A DNA stretch of 64,000 nt from the NCBI GenBank assembly GCA_965215005.1, contig CBDCCZ010000049.1:128001-192000 (forward strand), read 5' to 3'. The stretch's first letter is position 1; each line of letters opens with the position of its first letter. Below, piece after piece: positions 49,224 to 59,900 of the stretch. Below the pieces are notes generated by a model. It saw only the letters and a program-made list of their open reading frames with translations. It was not told the DNA's origin and ran no database searches. Position numbers and translations under genes: made by a program. The DNA comes from Kofleriaceae bacterium. GTDB taxonomy: Bacteria > Myxococcota_A > Polyangia > Haliangiales > Haliangiaceae.

Positions 49224-50057
49224 TCAGAATCCCGCGTCGGCCGGGGGCGGGAGCGCGGCGACGTCGAAGGTGAACTCGGGATTGCTCACGCCCGCGCCCA
49301 CGAAGGTGTCAAAGGTCTGTTGGTACGTGAGGGAATCGGCAGCATCGCGGCCCTCGATGGTGAACATCGCGAATCCGAAGGGAACTGCGAGCGCCGTGGA
49401 GAGTGCGTCACCCGCCGCACAAGGAACCGGTGTCCCATCTAGCGGCACACCGCTCTGGGTCTTGGTGGTCACGACGTGCCCGTTGACCGCGAGCGTGAGC
49501 TTCTGCGTAGCGACCCCAGCAGCCTCGCAGTCGGCGCCCTCCCAGCGGATCCGATAGTAAAAGCTGCCATCGAGGCCATCGGGCCAACTCGTGGGCGGAA
49601 GCACAACCTCGTGCTCCGTGCCCTCGGCGGCGACCACCACGGTTTCTTCATAAGGCGCCGTCGAAACCAGCTCGCCAGCGGCGTTCTTCGGCGAAAGCCG
49701 CGCGGTATAGGTTCCCGCTGGCAGCTCGGTGAAGACCACTTGGCGAAAGCTACACGTCCCGGTGTCGCTCACGCTGGCCGGCCCCGTTAGCTCGACCTCG
49801 ACGAGCGCAACGTCGAGGTCGAGGCAGCCATCGGCGCCAAACCCAGCCACGGCTTCTTTGTTGAACGCCCATTTGATCACCGTGCGCGGTGGGACGTAGG
49901 TGCGGCACACGCGGCAGAAGTCGGTTTCATCGCTGTTGCCGTCATCGCACTGCTCACCCTCATCCACAGCGCCGTCGCCGCAAAACGGCTCACTGCCACC
50001 ACACGCGCTGAGGCTGCTCAGCGCAACCACGAGCAGAATTCGGCACCAATGGGTCAT
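49224..50057 (-). CDS. Lipoprotein with Myxococcus-type cysteine-rich repeat
   Basis: LSAC lipobox; FCGDGAVDEGEQCDDGNSDETDFC. Confidence 0.8.
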   Translation of the reverse strand: MTHWCRILLVVALSSLSACGGSEPFCGDGAVDEGEQCDDGNSDETDFCRVCRTYVPPRTVIKWAFNKEAVAGFGADGCLDLDVALVEVELTGPASVSDTGTCSFRQVVFTELPAGTYTARLSPKNAAGELVSTAPYEETVVVAAEGTEHEVVLPPTSWPDGLDGSFYYRIRWEGADCEAAGVATQKLTLAVNGHVVTTKTQSGVPLDGTPVPCAAGDALSTALAVPFGFAMFTIEGRDAADSLTYQQTFDTFVGAGVSNPEFTFDVAALPPPADAGF

Positions 50058-50206
50058 AACGGCTCTCCCCAGGACAGCGAGTTGGTCGACGCCGCGCTGG
50101 CGTCAAGGCGCGCACCGTAACGGCGCGCGAGTGACCTTGGCAAGTGCAAACCGGCGCCACGATCGCACCGCCGGCACGCGCGGCTTTGCTAACGTCACGC
50201 GCTCCC

Positions 50207-50950
50207 ATGTGGAGTGACATTGCCGCCATCTATCGCGCGTCCAAGAAGAAGAAGGACATCAACTGGTGGACCGAGTGGGTCTGCCGACCGCCTGCCGCGG
50301 TCGTGGTCTACGCGCTCAACGGCACACGTATCACGCCCAATCAGGTCACGTTTCTATCGCTTCTCGTGTGTGCGCTCGCGGGCGCGATGCTGGTGGCACT
50401 GCCGGGCCACGGTTGGCTGCTCGCCGCCATCGTCGTGTTCGAGCTCTCATTCGTCCTCGACTGCGCCGACGGGCAACTAGCGCGACTGCGGCAAGAGACG
50501 TCGGTCCTGGGGCATCTTCTCGATTTCTTGATGGATGAGATCAAGGCGATGCTGGTGCTCGGTTGCGTCACGCTGCGGCTGTACCGCTTTGGCGGTGGCG
50601 ACGAGACCTTCCTCATTGCCGGTCTAGCCGGCATGTTCTGTCTCGCTGCGGGTATTTCGATGACCTCCTTCACGCGCCGCCCCGAGTATGGCGCGCCGCC
50701 GCCCACCGCAGATGGCCAGCCAGCGATCATCGAGCGGCGCGCGGGGATCATCGGCTCCGCCATCACGGCACTCGAACGCGCTGCTCGGATCGTGGTGCAT
50801 TACCCGAGCTACATCTGGCTCGCCGCGCTGTTTGACCGTATGGAGCTGTATTTCTGGCCGTACGTGGCGGTGAATGCGCTCTACGTCGCCCGGATGCTGC
50901 TGGCGATCGGGCTGCGTTTGGGACGCCCCGCCCCATCGCCGATGCGTTAG
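50207..50950 (+). CDS. CDP-alcohol phosphatidyltransferase family protein
   Basis: ITPNQVT and DCADGQLAR...S..G..LD...D signature. Confidence 0.9.
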   Translation: MWSDIAAIYRASKKKKDINWWTEWVCRPPAAVVVYALNGTRITPNQVTFLSLLVCALAGAMLVALPGHGWLLAAIVVFELSFVLDCADGQLARLRQETSVLGHLLDFLMDEIKAMLVLGCVTLRLYRFGGGDETFLIAGLAGMFCLAAGISMTSFTRRPEYGAPPPTADGQPAIIERRAGIIGSAITALERAARIVVHYPSYIWLAALFDRMELYFWPYVAVNALYVARMLLAIGLRLGRPAPSPMR

Positions 50951-50970
50951 AGTCGCGCGCAGGAGGAACT

Positions 50971-51267
50971 ATGAGGAAAGGACTCACCGCGGCATCGATC
51001 GGTCTCGCGCTTCTTGCCTTTGGCTGCAACAAACCGACAGAGTCGGAGTGCAGCAAGGCCATCGCCAACATACAAACGCTTACCGGTACCATCGAGTCCG
51101 ACTTTGGCGTCAAGCCAGAGGCGGCGCTGCGTTCTTGCCGAGGCAACGCGACCAAGGCCTCGGTGCAATGCGCGATTGCTGCCAAGACCATGGCTGATCT
51201 GCAAACCTGCGAGGGCGGCATCGCCGAGCAGATGTTTCAGGAGGAGCAAGCGCCCACAGAGCCGTGA
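50971..51267 (+). CDS. Small Cys-containing lipoprotein
   Basis: AGGAGG RBS; LAFGC lipobox; four further Cys in a helical pattern. Confidence 0.8.
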   Translation: MRKGLTAASIGLALLAFGCNKPTESECSKAIANIQTLTGTIESDFGVKPEAALRSCRGNATKASVQCAIAAKTMADLQTCEGGIAEQMFQEEQAPTEP

Positions 51268-51353
51268 ATCCAGCCCCGGCGCCGTCACCACAGCGTTGCC
51301 TGCCCCGTTCCTGCTCGTATAATGAGCGTTCGCCCGCCGCAAAGGTCCTTCCT

Positions 51354-51983
51354 ATGTCTCGTGATCGCCGTGACGGCTCCAAGCTCTCCTTTTCTGAGCG
51401 CGATAAACAGCGCCGCGGCGGCGACGAACGCCGCGAGCCAGCTCTCGGAGCTGCCGGCGCGGGTCGCGGTGACAAGGCATATCGAGCGGCGCTCGAGCGC
51501 GCCTTCGCCAACGGCGAGGTCCAGCAGCTAGCGGAGACGCTGCGGCGCGCCAGCAGTAAGCCCGTGGAGGTGCCGGGGTGGAATGAGCGCGGGGCTCTCC
51601 TGAAAGACAAAACCGAAGCCAATGCCGAACCAACCCCGCCTCGTGCACCTGCCGCCCCGGCGGTGAGCGCCGAGGTCCTCGAGAAGCGCAAGCTCCTCAA
51701 GAAAGTACGCGAGGCCGAAGACGCCAAGTCCGCGGCGCGAGCGCTCGATGGTTACCTGGCGCGCTTCGATGAGCTGCCCAAGGATTTCGAGATTCTCGAG
51801 AAGGCGCTGGGCCATCTCCGGCAGGCGATCGTGGTGCGCGCACTCGAGTGTCTGGAAGAGTGCCTCGCCAAGTCCAAGCCGCGACGCAGCCGAAGCCTCG
51901 CCATGCAGCTAATGATTCTCGAAGAGCACCACGAAGACGAGGAAGTGCGTGCGCGCGCGGCTCGCGTTCGGGCTTCGCTGTAG
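51354..51983 (+). CDS. Hypothetical charged helical protein
   Basis: Start MSRDRRDG; KLSFSERDK, YRAALERAF, helical C-terminal domain. Confidence 0.65.
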   Translation: MSRDRRDGSKLSFSERDKQRRGGDERREPALGAAGAGRGDKAYRAALERAFANGEVQQLAETLRRASSKPVEVPGWNERGALLKDKTEANAEPTPPRAPAAPAVSAEVLEKRKLLKKVREAEDAKSAARALDGYLARFDELPKDFEILEKALGHLRQAIVVRALECLEECLAKSKPRRSRSLAMQLMILEEHHEDEEVRARAARVRASL

Positions 51984-52929
51984 CGCCCTGTTCAGCGCGT
52001 TCTTCGCGAGCACAGCGCTCGCCATCGCCGAGCCGCGCGGTATCGTCGATGCTGTTTCCGCACCGGGCGGCGTAGGACATTCGCTGCTCGTGGGACCATC
52101 GGCTGAGCTCTATCGCGCAATCGAACCAGGAATTTGGGGCCGGGTCGATCGCGGAGGCTTTGCCGGCGAGGTGCAGCGGGTCTTGCACGTGGGCGGCGAG
52201 CTCCACGCGGCCGCCACCCGCGCACCGCTCTATCGCCTCACCGCCGCGAGCACGTGGTCGGTGTTGCCGCTCGCAAAACGCGGCGGCGCGGTGGTTGGCG
52301 GGCTCGGCGGCGAGCCTGCCGTCGCGTTGGGACGCCAGCTCTACGTCGGCGAGAGCGGCCGCTGGGCGCGCGCGATCGCTGCGCCCGCGCAGCTGACGGC
52401 GTTGTGGGCGAGCCGAGGCCAGAGGTTGTATGCCGCCACCAGCGACGGCGCTGTATGGCGCTCCGAAGGCCGTCGCTGGCGCGCCATCGGCGGCCGCTTC
52501 GTCGCTGGCGAGCACGGCGTCGCGTTCGCCGGCATCCCCGGCTCGATGCTGGTGGTGCTCACGTCGAAGGGACGCCTACTGCGAGTTGGCGACGAGCACG
52601 AAGCGCTGAACGCGAGCGCGCCGGCGGGATTTGTGCCTCAGGTCTTGGGCGTCGGCGAGGGGCGCGTTTGGGCGGCCGGGCCGACCGCGAGCGGGACCCA
52701 TCATCTAATGAGCGTGGTCGAGGGCGTGTTGCTCGACGACGGCGCGCTGCCGATGGCCGCCGACGAGCCTATAACGGTGCTCCTCATCGAGGACGGCGAG
52801 GTTCTCATCGCCGGTGCACGAGGCAGCGTCTGGACTCGCGATCGCACCGCCATCTGGCATCCGGGGCAACTTCGGCAGGCACCTCCGCGAGCGCCACCTC
52901 CGGGCGCGGGCCCCGCGCGCAGCCGCTAG
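51949..52929 (+). CDS. Exported beta-propeller-like protein; start uncertain
   Basis: Signal-like ALA; repeated LYAATSDGAVWR / VLIAGARGSVWT-type blades. Confidence 0.6.
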   Translation: MRARLAFGLRCSALFSAFFASTALAIAEPRGIVDAVSAPGGVGHSLLVGPSAELYRAIEPGIWGRVDRGGFAGEVQRVLHVGGELHAAATRAPLYRLTAASTWSVLPLAKRGGAVVGGLGGEPAVALGRQLYVGESGRWARAIAAPAQLTALWASRGQRLYAATSDGAVWRSEGRRWRAIGGRFVAGEHGVAFAGIPGSMLVVLTSKGRLLRVGDEHEALNASAPAGFVPQVLGVGEGRVWAAGPTASGTHHLMSVVEGVLLDDGALPMAADEPITVLLIEDGEVLIAGARGSVWTRDRTAIWHPGQLRQAPPRAPPPGAGPARSR

Positions 52930-53090
52930 CAACGTGCCAAGCGATAGAGGCGACGCCGCAAGCCCAGATTCGAGCAGCCGCTGTGGGCCGGCTCGCATTA
53001 TCGGAGCGGCCGGCTTCCGAGCGAACGATGGGTTCCCCCTCTATCGCCCTGTTTGACACTTATGCCGCCTTACGCGTAGCATGTTGCGAG

Positions 53091-53837
53091 ATGGCACCAG
53101 CGCGCATCCTCGTCGCCGACGACGACGGCTGGATTTCGAAGATGGTGGCCACCTTCCTCGAGAAACGCGGCTACCAGGTCGAAGCCGTCGCCGATGGCGA
53201 GCTTGCCCTTGAGCGTGCCATCGAAGAGCCGCCGGACCTGCTCATTACCGACGTGATGATGCCCGGCCTCGACGGCTGGACGCTCGTCAAGAACCTGCGC
53301 AGTCGCCCGGCGTTTGCGTTCTTGCCGGTGATCTTCCTGACCGCCCTCACCTCCGACGATGATCGAATTCGCGGCTTTCGCCTCGGCGCCGACGATTACG
53401 TGCCCAAGCCATTTCGTTTCGAAGAGCTCGAGCTGCGAGTCGTGAAGACGCTGCGCAACCGCACCATGCTGGAACGAACCACGCGCGAGCAGCTCGATGC
53501 GCCCGAACAGATGCTCACCGGCGACCTCGCGCATCTGGGCCTGCCATCTCTGCTCACGCTCCTGGAGATGGAACAGAAATCTGGCTTGCTCGAGCTCAAC
53601 ACTCCGCCGCAAGCCGGAAAGATTTGGCTGCGCAACGGTCGCATCGTGCGCGCCGAGCTCGATTCTCGGCCCGAGCCACGCAACGCCGAGTGCATTTACG
53701 AGCTGCTGCGCTGGTCGTCGGGCCGCTTCAGCTTTCGCATCGAGCCCATCGACTTCAGCCCCGAGATGGACGACTCCACCACCCACCTTCTCATCGAAGG
53801 CGCCCGTCGCCTCGACGAGTCGCAAAACATCCGTTGA
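53091..53837 (+). CDS. Response regulator with C-terminal DUF4388 (PATAN-like) domain
   Basis: ILVADDD, DVMMPGLDG, FLT, GADDYVPKPF; LTGDL..LGLPSLLTLLEMEQKSG...WSSGRF...LLIEGARRLDE. The longer ORF-track start is a shadow frame. Confidence 0.9.
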   Translation: MAPARILVADDDGWISKMVATFLEKRGYQVEAVADGELALERAIEEPPDLLITDVMMPGLDGWTLVKNLRSRPAFAFLPVIFLTALTSDDDRIRGFRLGADDYVPKPFRFEELELRVVKTLRNRTMLERTTREQLDAPEQMLTGDLAHLGLPSLLTLLEMEQKSGLLELNTPPQAGKIWLRNGRIVRAELDSRPEPRNAECIYELLRWSSGRFSFRIEPIDFSPEMDDSTTHLLIEGARRLDESQNIR

Positions 53838-53899
53838 CTCGCTCATCGCCGGAGCCTCCGGCTAGCCGGATGCGTCGCGTCGTGGTATCCGAATAGGCC

Positions 53900-54229
53900 T
53901 TGCGTCGTCTGCTGCCGTACATCGCCCTGATGCTCGTGTTCCAGCTCATGCCGGGAGCACGGGAGCTCGTGGAGAGCAGTCTGCATCTCGCGATCAACGG
54001 CCACGTAGCCCATGCTTTGGATGACGAAGAACACACGTCGCAAGACCAAGAGCACAACTGCTCTGGCCCGCTGCACGTCTGCTCTTGCCATCACGCCGCC
54101 AGTGCGCCCGTCGCGGTAGGTGTCGCAGTAACCCGCGTCGACATAGCCCTCGCGCCATCGCGTTGGGCTGGCGCTCGCGTCGTTGCCGCCGGGCACTACC
54201 CAGACGTGTTCCGGCCGCCGACCGCGTAG
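53900..54229 (+). CDS. His/Cys-rich small exported protein (CzcI/DUF2946-like)
   Basis: Hydrophobic N-terminus; HLAINGHVAH...EHNCSGPLHVCSCHH; C-terminal FRPP; first gene before czcCBA. Confidence 0.7.
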   Translation: MRRLLPYIALMLVFQLMPGARELVESSLHLAINGHVAHALDDEEHTSQDQEHNCSGPLHVCSCHHAASAPVAVGVAVTRVDIALAPSRWAGARVVAAGHYPDVFRPPTA

Positions 54230-54319
54230 CTCTGCATTCACAGTCGTCGTGCGTCCTGCGCCTCAGCGCGGGGCGCGCCATCGGTGTTCTTTCGCCCGAT
54301 TCGCGGGTGGAGGCAGAGT

Positions 54320-55732
54320 ATGAAGCGAGCGATGTATTCGCGCGGCGCCGCCGTATTGGTGGCGGCGACGTGCGCCTCTGGGTTGACTCCGGCCAACGCT
54401 GGCGCCGGACCATTGCGTGCTGCAGGTGTGCCAGCCGACAAAGTGGCGGGTTCCGCGGTTCCTGCCGAGCACGGCGGCTCGAGCGCTGCTGACGCGGTTC
54501 CCAATCCTGCCATCAGCGAACCGATCTCGTTACAGGCGATCCTGGCATTCGCCGACCGCCACTCGCCGATTCTTCTGATAGCGCGAGCTCGAGCACAGCG
54601 CAGCGAGGCCGCCTTCGCGGCAGCCGCGCCGTGGTTGCCCACCAATCCATCGGTGACGGTGGGCGCCGGCTCGCGCGCGGCAACGGGTGCACGCGCGTTC
54701 GATTATCAGGTCAGCCTGTCGCAAACGATCGAGATTGCCGGTGAGCGCGGGCTCCGGCTCGCGGCAGCCGAGCGCTTCGCCGAGGTCACCGAGCTCGAAA
54801 TCGAAGAAGCGCGGTGGGTCGTCCACCACGACGTCCATGCCAGTTATCACGATGCGCTGCTGGCGCGCGAGAAGCTAGCGATCGCGGCGCGGGCTCTGCA
54901 GTTCGCCGAGCGTCTGCTCGACGTGGCGCAACGACGGCTCGCTGCCGGCGATATCGCGCCGCTGCAGGTGCGGATCGCCGAGGGCGAGCTCGCCCAAGCG
55001 GAGCAGGCAAGCTTGGCCGCCGAGCAGCAGTACGACACCGCCCGCCTCGTGCTCGCCGAGCTCAGCGGTTGGCCCGTAGACACACCACCCGTTCCCGCCG
55101 GCGCGCTCGACGTTCCCCGCCAAGCCCCCGATGCAGCCGCGCTGATCGTCCAGGCAACGGAGCATCATCCGCGCCTGCGTAGCGATGTCGCGGCCCTTGC
55201 CGAGGCGCGTGCGCGGCAAGACCTCGCGAATCGCGAGCGCTGGCCCGCGCTCACCATCGGTATCGGGTATGAGCGCGAAGCGGACCCACCAACGGGCATC
55301 GCCGAGTCCATCACTGGAATCGCGCTGACGATGCCGCTGCCGCTGTGGCAGCGAAACCAGGCGGAACGGGCGCAAGCGCGCGCTGACGTGGGGCTAGCCG
55401 ACGCCGAGCTCGCCGCGCTCCGACAGACCCTTGCCGCGCAAGTGGCGCGTGCGGTGGTGCGAGTCAACGCCGCCGCAGCACGCATCGAGGCATATGCGCG
55501 CCAGGTTCTCCCGGCGTTCGAGCAGAACCTCGCGCTCCTGGATCGCGCCTTTGAGCTCGGCGAGATCGACATGATCGAGCTGATGGTCGCGCGCGGTCGC
55601 TTCTTGGAAGTGCAAGCAACCGCGCTCGCGGCGTACGACGACTACTACAAAGCCATCGCCGATCTCGAGTCGACGGTCGGCGCAGAGCTGTGGCCAGAAG
55701 AACGCCACGAGCACAAAGGAGCTGGCCAATGA
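54320..55732 (+). CDS. czcC: TolC-family outer membrane factor, CzcC-like
   Basis: LPTNPSV, LSQTIEIAGERGLR, MPLPLWQRNQ, FELGEID; ATGA overlap with the next gene. Confidence 0.85.
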   Translation: MKRAMYSRGAAVLVAATCASGLTPANAGAGPLRAAGVPADKVAGSAVPAEHGGSSAADAVPNPAISEPISLQAILAFADRHSPILLIARARAQRSEAAFAAAAPWLPTNPSVTVGAGSRAATGARAFDYQVSLSQTIEIAGERGLRLAAAERFAEVTELEIEEARWVVHHDVHASYHDALLAREKLAIAARALQFAERLLDVAQRRLAAGDIAPLQVRIAEGELAQAEQASLAAEQQYDTARLVLAELSGWPVDTPPVPAGALDVPRQAPDAAALIVQATEHHPRLRSDVAALAEARARQDLANRERWPALTIGIGYEREADPPTGIAESITGIALTMPLPLWQRNQAERAQARADVGLADAELAALRQTLAAQVARAVVRVNAAAARIEAYARQVLPAFEQNLALLDRAFELGEIDMIELMVARGRFLEVQATALAAYDDYYKAIADLESTVGAELWPEERHEHKGAGQ

Positions 55733-56922
55733 GGTCTGCGCTGGGATTGAGCGTCATGTTGGTGCTGTCGGCAAGCTGTGGAAACAGCGCCGCCAGCGGA
55801 ACCGGTGGAGACGGCGAGCACGCAGACGGCGAGCACGCAGACGGCGAGCACGCAGACGGCGAGCACGCAGACGGCCAGGAGCGAGCCGTGGTGCGGCTCA
55901 GTGAAGCCGCGATAGCGCGACACGATGTCCGCATCGCCAACGTTGAGTCGCAAACGTTGGTGGGCGGCGTGGACGTTCCCGCCGAGGTGCAGCTCGATCC
56001 AGCGCGAGTCGCCCACGTGACCTCGCTGGCGGCGGGGCGACTTTCGAGTGTTGGGGCCAACGTGGGTGACCGCGTCGAGAAGGGCCAGGTGCTGGCAGCC
56101 CTCGAGAGCGCCGAGCTCGGCGAGACCCGCTCTTCTGTCGATCGCGCTCAAGCCACACTCGAGGCGGCTCGGTCGAGCTATGAACGGCAAAAACAGCTCC
56201 ACGAAGAAGGAATCGGCGCCGAGCGCGCGTTCGTCGAGGCGCGCTCCGAGCTAAGGCAGGCCGAAGCCGCGCTCGCCTCGGTACGTCGGCGCCTCGGCGT
56301 CTACGGCAAGGGCGGCTCCGGTGCTTCGAGCTTCATCCGCAGCCCCCTCGCCGGCGAAATCATCGAGCGTCACGCCAGCGTTGGCGAGGTCGTCGGCCCC
56401 GATGCACCGCTGTTCGTCGTCGCCGATTTGCGTCGCGTCTGGATCATCGGCCGGGTGTACCCGCAGCAAGTTGCTGCCGCGAGCAAAGGCAAGCCCATCA
56501 CCCTCTCCCTCGATGCCTATCCCGGCCGCACCTGGTCGGCGGCGCTCGACTATGTCGCGCCCACTCTCGACGAAGCAACGCGCACCCTGCAAGTGCGCGC
56601 CGAGCTCGACAACGCGGAGGGGCAGCTGCGACCGGGCCTCTTCGGAACGCTATCGCTTCCGCCGGCCGGCAGCGACGGCGACAAGGTTCCGACCATCGCG
56701 GCAGACGCGGTCCTCGACCTCGATGGCCAGCCGTCCGTGTTCATCCCAGACGACGAGTCCGGCACCTATCGAGCGGTGCCCGTCACCGTAGGCGCGCGCA
56801 GCCATGGGCGCGTGGCGATCACCAGCGGCCTGGAGCCGGGGCAAGCCTATGTGGCTAGCGGCAGCTTCGTTCTCAAGTCGCAACTCTTGTCCGCCGAGCT
56901 CGGCGAAGGCCACGCGCACTGA
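55729..56922 (+). CDS. czcB: RND periplasmic adaptor, CzcB-like, with His-rich repeat
   Basis: LSASC lipobox, VGDRVEKGQVL, IRSPLAGEII, TRTLQVRA, LRPGLF, ends GEGHAH. Confidence 0.88.
   Translation: MRSALGLSVMLVLSASCGNSAASGTGGDGEHADGEHADGEHADGEHADGQERAVVRLSEAAIARHDVRIANVESQTLVGGVDVPAEVQLDPARVAHVTSLAAGRLSSVGANVGDRVEKGQVLAALESAELGETRSSVDRAQATLEAARSSYERQKQLHEEGIGAERAFVEARSELRQAEAALASVRRRLGVYGKGGSGASSFIRSPLAGEIIERHASVGEVVGPDAPLFVVADLRRVWIIGRVYPQQVAAASKGKPITLSLDAYPGRTWSAALDYVAPTLDEATRTLQVRAELDNAEGQLRPGLFGTLSLPPAGSDGDKVPTIAADAVLDLDGQPSVFIPDDESGTYRAVPVTVGARSHGRVAITSGLEPGQAYVASGSFVLKSQLLSAELGEGHAH
55810..55875 (+). repeat. Perfect 15-bp tandem repeat x4.4 encoding (DGEHA)4
   Basis: GACGGCGAGCACGCA four times plus GACGGC. 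Confidence 0.95.
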
Positions 56923-56927
56923 GGCCA

Positions 56928-59900
56928 ATGACCATGATCGATCGAATCATCGAGTTCTCGCTACGCAACCGTTTCCTGGTCATTTTCGTGGTGCTGCTCG
57001 TGGCAGCCATCGGCGTGCGCGCCCTGCAGACGTTGCCCATCGACGCCGTTCCTGACGTCACCAACGTACAGGTGCAGGTACTAACGAATGCACCCTCGCT
57101 CGGGCCCCTGGAGGTCGAGCAATTCATCACCTTCCCAGTAGAGACGGTGATGAGCGGCCTGCCGCGCCTACAGGAGGTGCGCAGCATCTCGCGCTTTGGC
57201 TTATCAGCGGTGACCATCGTGTTTGACGAAGGCACCGACATCTACTTTGCGCGGCAGCTCGTGCAAGAGCGACTCTCCGAGGCGCGCGATGCCATTCCCG
57301 CTGGCTACGGCAGTCCCGAGATGGGTCCGATTTCCTCCGGGCTCGGCGAGATCTATCAGTTCGAGGTTCGCGGCGAGCCTATGTGCGCCGAGCAAGTCGA
57401 CACGGAGGACTGCTACACGCCCATGGAGCTGCGGACGATTCTCGACTGGTACATCGCGTATCAGCTGCGCTCCATCGATGGCGTGGTGGAGGTCAACAGC
57501 TTCGGTGGCGAGCTAAAGACCTACGAGGTGCGCGTGCAGCCAGAGCGGCTGATCGGGCTCGACCTCGGACTCGATGCCATCTACGAAGCGCTCGAGCGCA
57601 ACAACGCCAACGCCGGCGGCGGTTATCTAGTGCACGCCGGTGAACAACGGCTGATCCGCGCTGAGGGCTTGATTTCCAGCCTCGATGATATCCGCGACAT
57701 CGTCATCACCACCCGCAGCGACGGCACGCCGCTGCGCATCCGCGAGGTCGCAGACGTGGTGATCGCGCCGATGATTCGCCAAGGGGCTGTGACGCGCGAT
57801 GGCCGCGGCGAAGTGGTGACGGGCATCGTCATGATGCTCATGGGCGCTAACTCCGGAGCCGTTGCCGAGGAGGTCCACGAGCGAATTGCTGCGCTCCGCG
57901 ACACCCTGCCCGAGGGCGTCACCATCGATACCTACTACGACCGCGCCGAGCTCGTCGACCGCACGATTGCCACCGTCGCCAAGAATCTAATCGAAGGCGG
58001 CGTTTTGGTCGTCGTCGTGCTCCTGCTCTTGCTGGGCAATCTGCGCGGCGGCTTATTGGTGGCCAGCGCGATTCCGCTCAGCATGTTGGCCGCGTTCATC
58101 GCCATGAAGCAGTTCGAGGTATCGGGCAATCTGATGAGCCTCGGCGCGCTCGACTTCGGGCTCATCGTCGATGGTTCGGTAGTGATGGTCGAGCACATCG
58201 TCCTCGTCCTTGCGCAGCGGCGGGAGCCGCTCGACGTGCGGCACGGCGTACTGAGCGCCGCAAAGGACGTCGCGCGTCCGGTGACGTTCGCGGTTGGCAT
58301 CATCATGCTCGTCTACGTGCCGATCCTTTCGCTGCAGGGAATCGAAGGCAAGATGTTCCGGCCGATGGCCTTGACGGTGCTGTTTGCCTTGGCGGCGTCG
58401 TTGGTGCTGGCGCTCACCTTCATGCCGGCGATGGCCACGCTCCTTTTTCGTCGCGGCGTCTCCGAAAAGAAAACCTGGCTCATCCGCACCCTCGAGCCTC
58501 GCTACCAGCGCGCGCTGCGATGGCTCTTGAGCCGGCGCGCCATTCCCCTCTTCGTGACCGTGTTGCTCATGGCCGGCGCGGCCAGCATCGTGCCGTTTCT
58601 GGGAGCGGAGTTCATTCCGCGGCTCGACGAAGGCGCCATCGCCATGCAGGCGATCCGGCTCCCCTCGGTTTCACTCGAGGAGTCGGTCAAAGCCACGACC
58701 CGCATCGAAACGGCGCTGCGCGAACACTTTCCCGACGAGGTCGACACCATCGTCTCGCGCACCGGCCGCCCCGAAATTGCCACCGATCCCATGGGCGTCG
58801 AGATGTCCGACATCTACGTGATGCTGGAGCCGCCCAAGCAGTGGACGCGGGCCAGCAGCAAACAGGAGCTCGTCGATGCGATGAGCGAGGTCCTCTCTGG
58901 CGAGCTGCCCGGGCAGAACTTCATGTTCTCGCAACCGATCGAGCTGCGCACCAACGAGCTCATCAGTGGCTCGCGCGCCGACGTCGCCATCAAGCTCTAC
59001 GGCGACGACCTTGAAGTCCTAGGGCGGGTAGCCGATGACATCGCCCGCGTGGTTTCCGGTGTGCCGGGAGCCGGTGACGTGAGCACCGAGCAGATCGCTG
59101 GATTGCCGGCCCTACGGGTCCGCATCGACCGCGGCGCGATCGCGCGCTACGGCATCGATGCGGCGCAGGTTCTCGACGCCGTATCCGCCCTCGCGGGGCA
59201 TCCGGTGGGTGAGGTCTTCGAAGGCCAGCGCCGCTTCAGCCTTCAGGTGCGCCTGCCCCCAAGCCGCCGCAGCGATCTGCAGAGCATTCGCAACCTGCCG
59301 ATCTCGGCGCCCAATGGCAAGAGCATTGCTCTCGGAGAGCTTGCGAGCCTCGAGTACGATGAGGGGCCGGCGCAAATCAGCCGCGAGAACGTGCAACGAC
59401 GCACCACCATCTCGGTGAACGTACGCGGCGACGATCTCGCTGGCGTCGTCGCCGAAGCACAGCGCCGAGTCGCGGCGCAGGTGGAGATGCCACCCGGCTA
59501 CTTTCTCGAGTGGGGTGGGCAGTTCAAGAACTTGGCGGAGGCCAGCGGGCGGCTCGCGCTGGCGGTTCCGGCGGCCTTGGTGCTGATCTTCTTGCTGTTG
59601 TTCATGACCTACGGGTCGGCTCGGCCGGCCGCGGTGATCTACTTGAACGTGCCGTTCGCGGCCATCGGCGGCATCTTGGCGCTCGCAGTCCGTGGGATGC
59701 CGTTTTCCATCTCCGCCGGGGTCGGCTTCATCGCACTATTCGGGATCGCTGTCCTCAACGGCGTCGTCATGGTCTCTTCAATTCGGGGGCTCCAACAGCG
59801 CGGCCGTCCGCCCTTCGAAGCCACCTTGCAAGGAGCTGTCACGCGCCTGCGCCCGGTCCTCATGACCGCGCTCGTCGCCTCGCTCGGGTTCGTGCCCATG

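Noticed and set aside
52134..53090. Arg-rich 319-aa N-terminal extension of the response regulator
   Set aside because: Shadow frame of the beta-propeller gene; the receiver domain starts at 53091.
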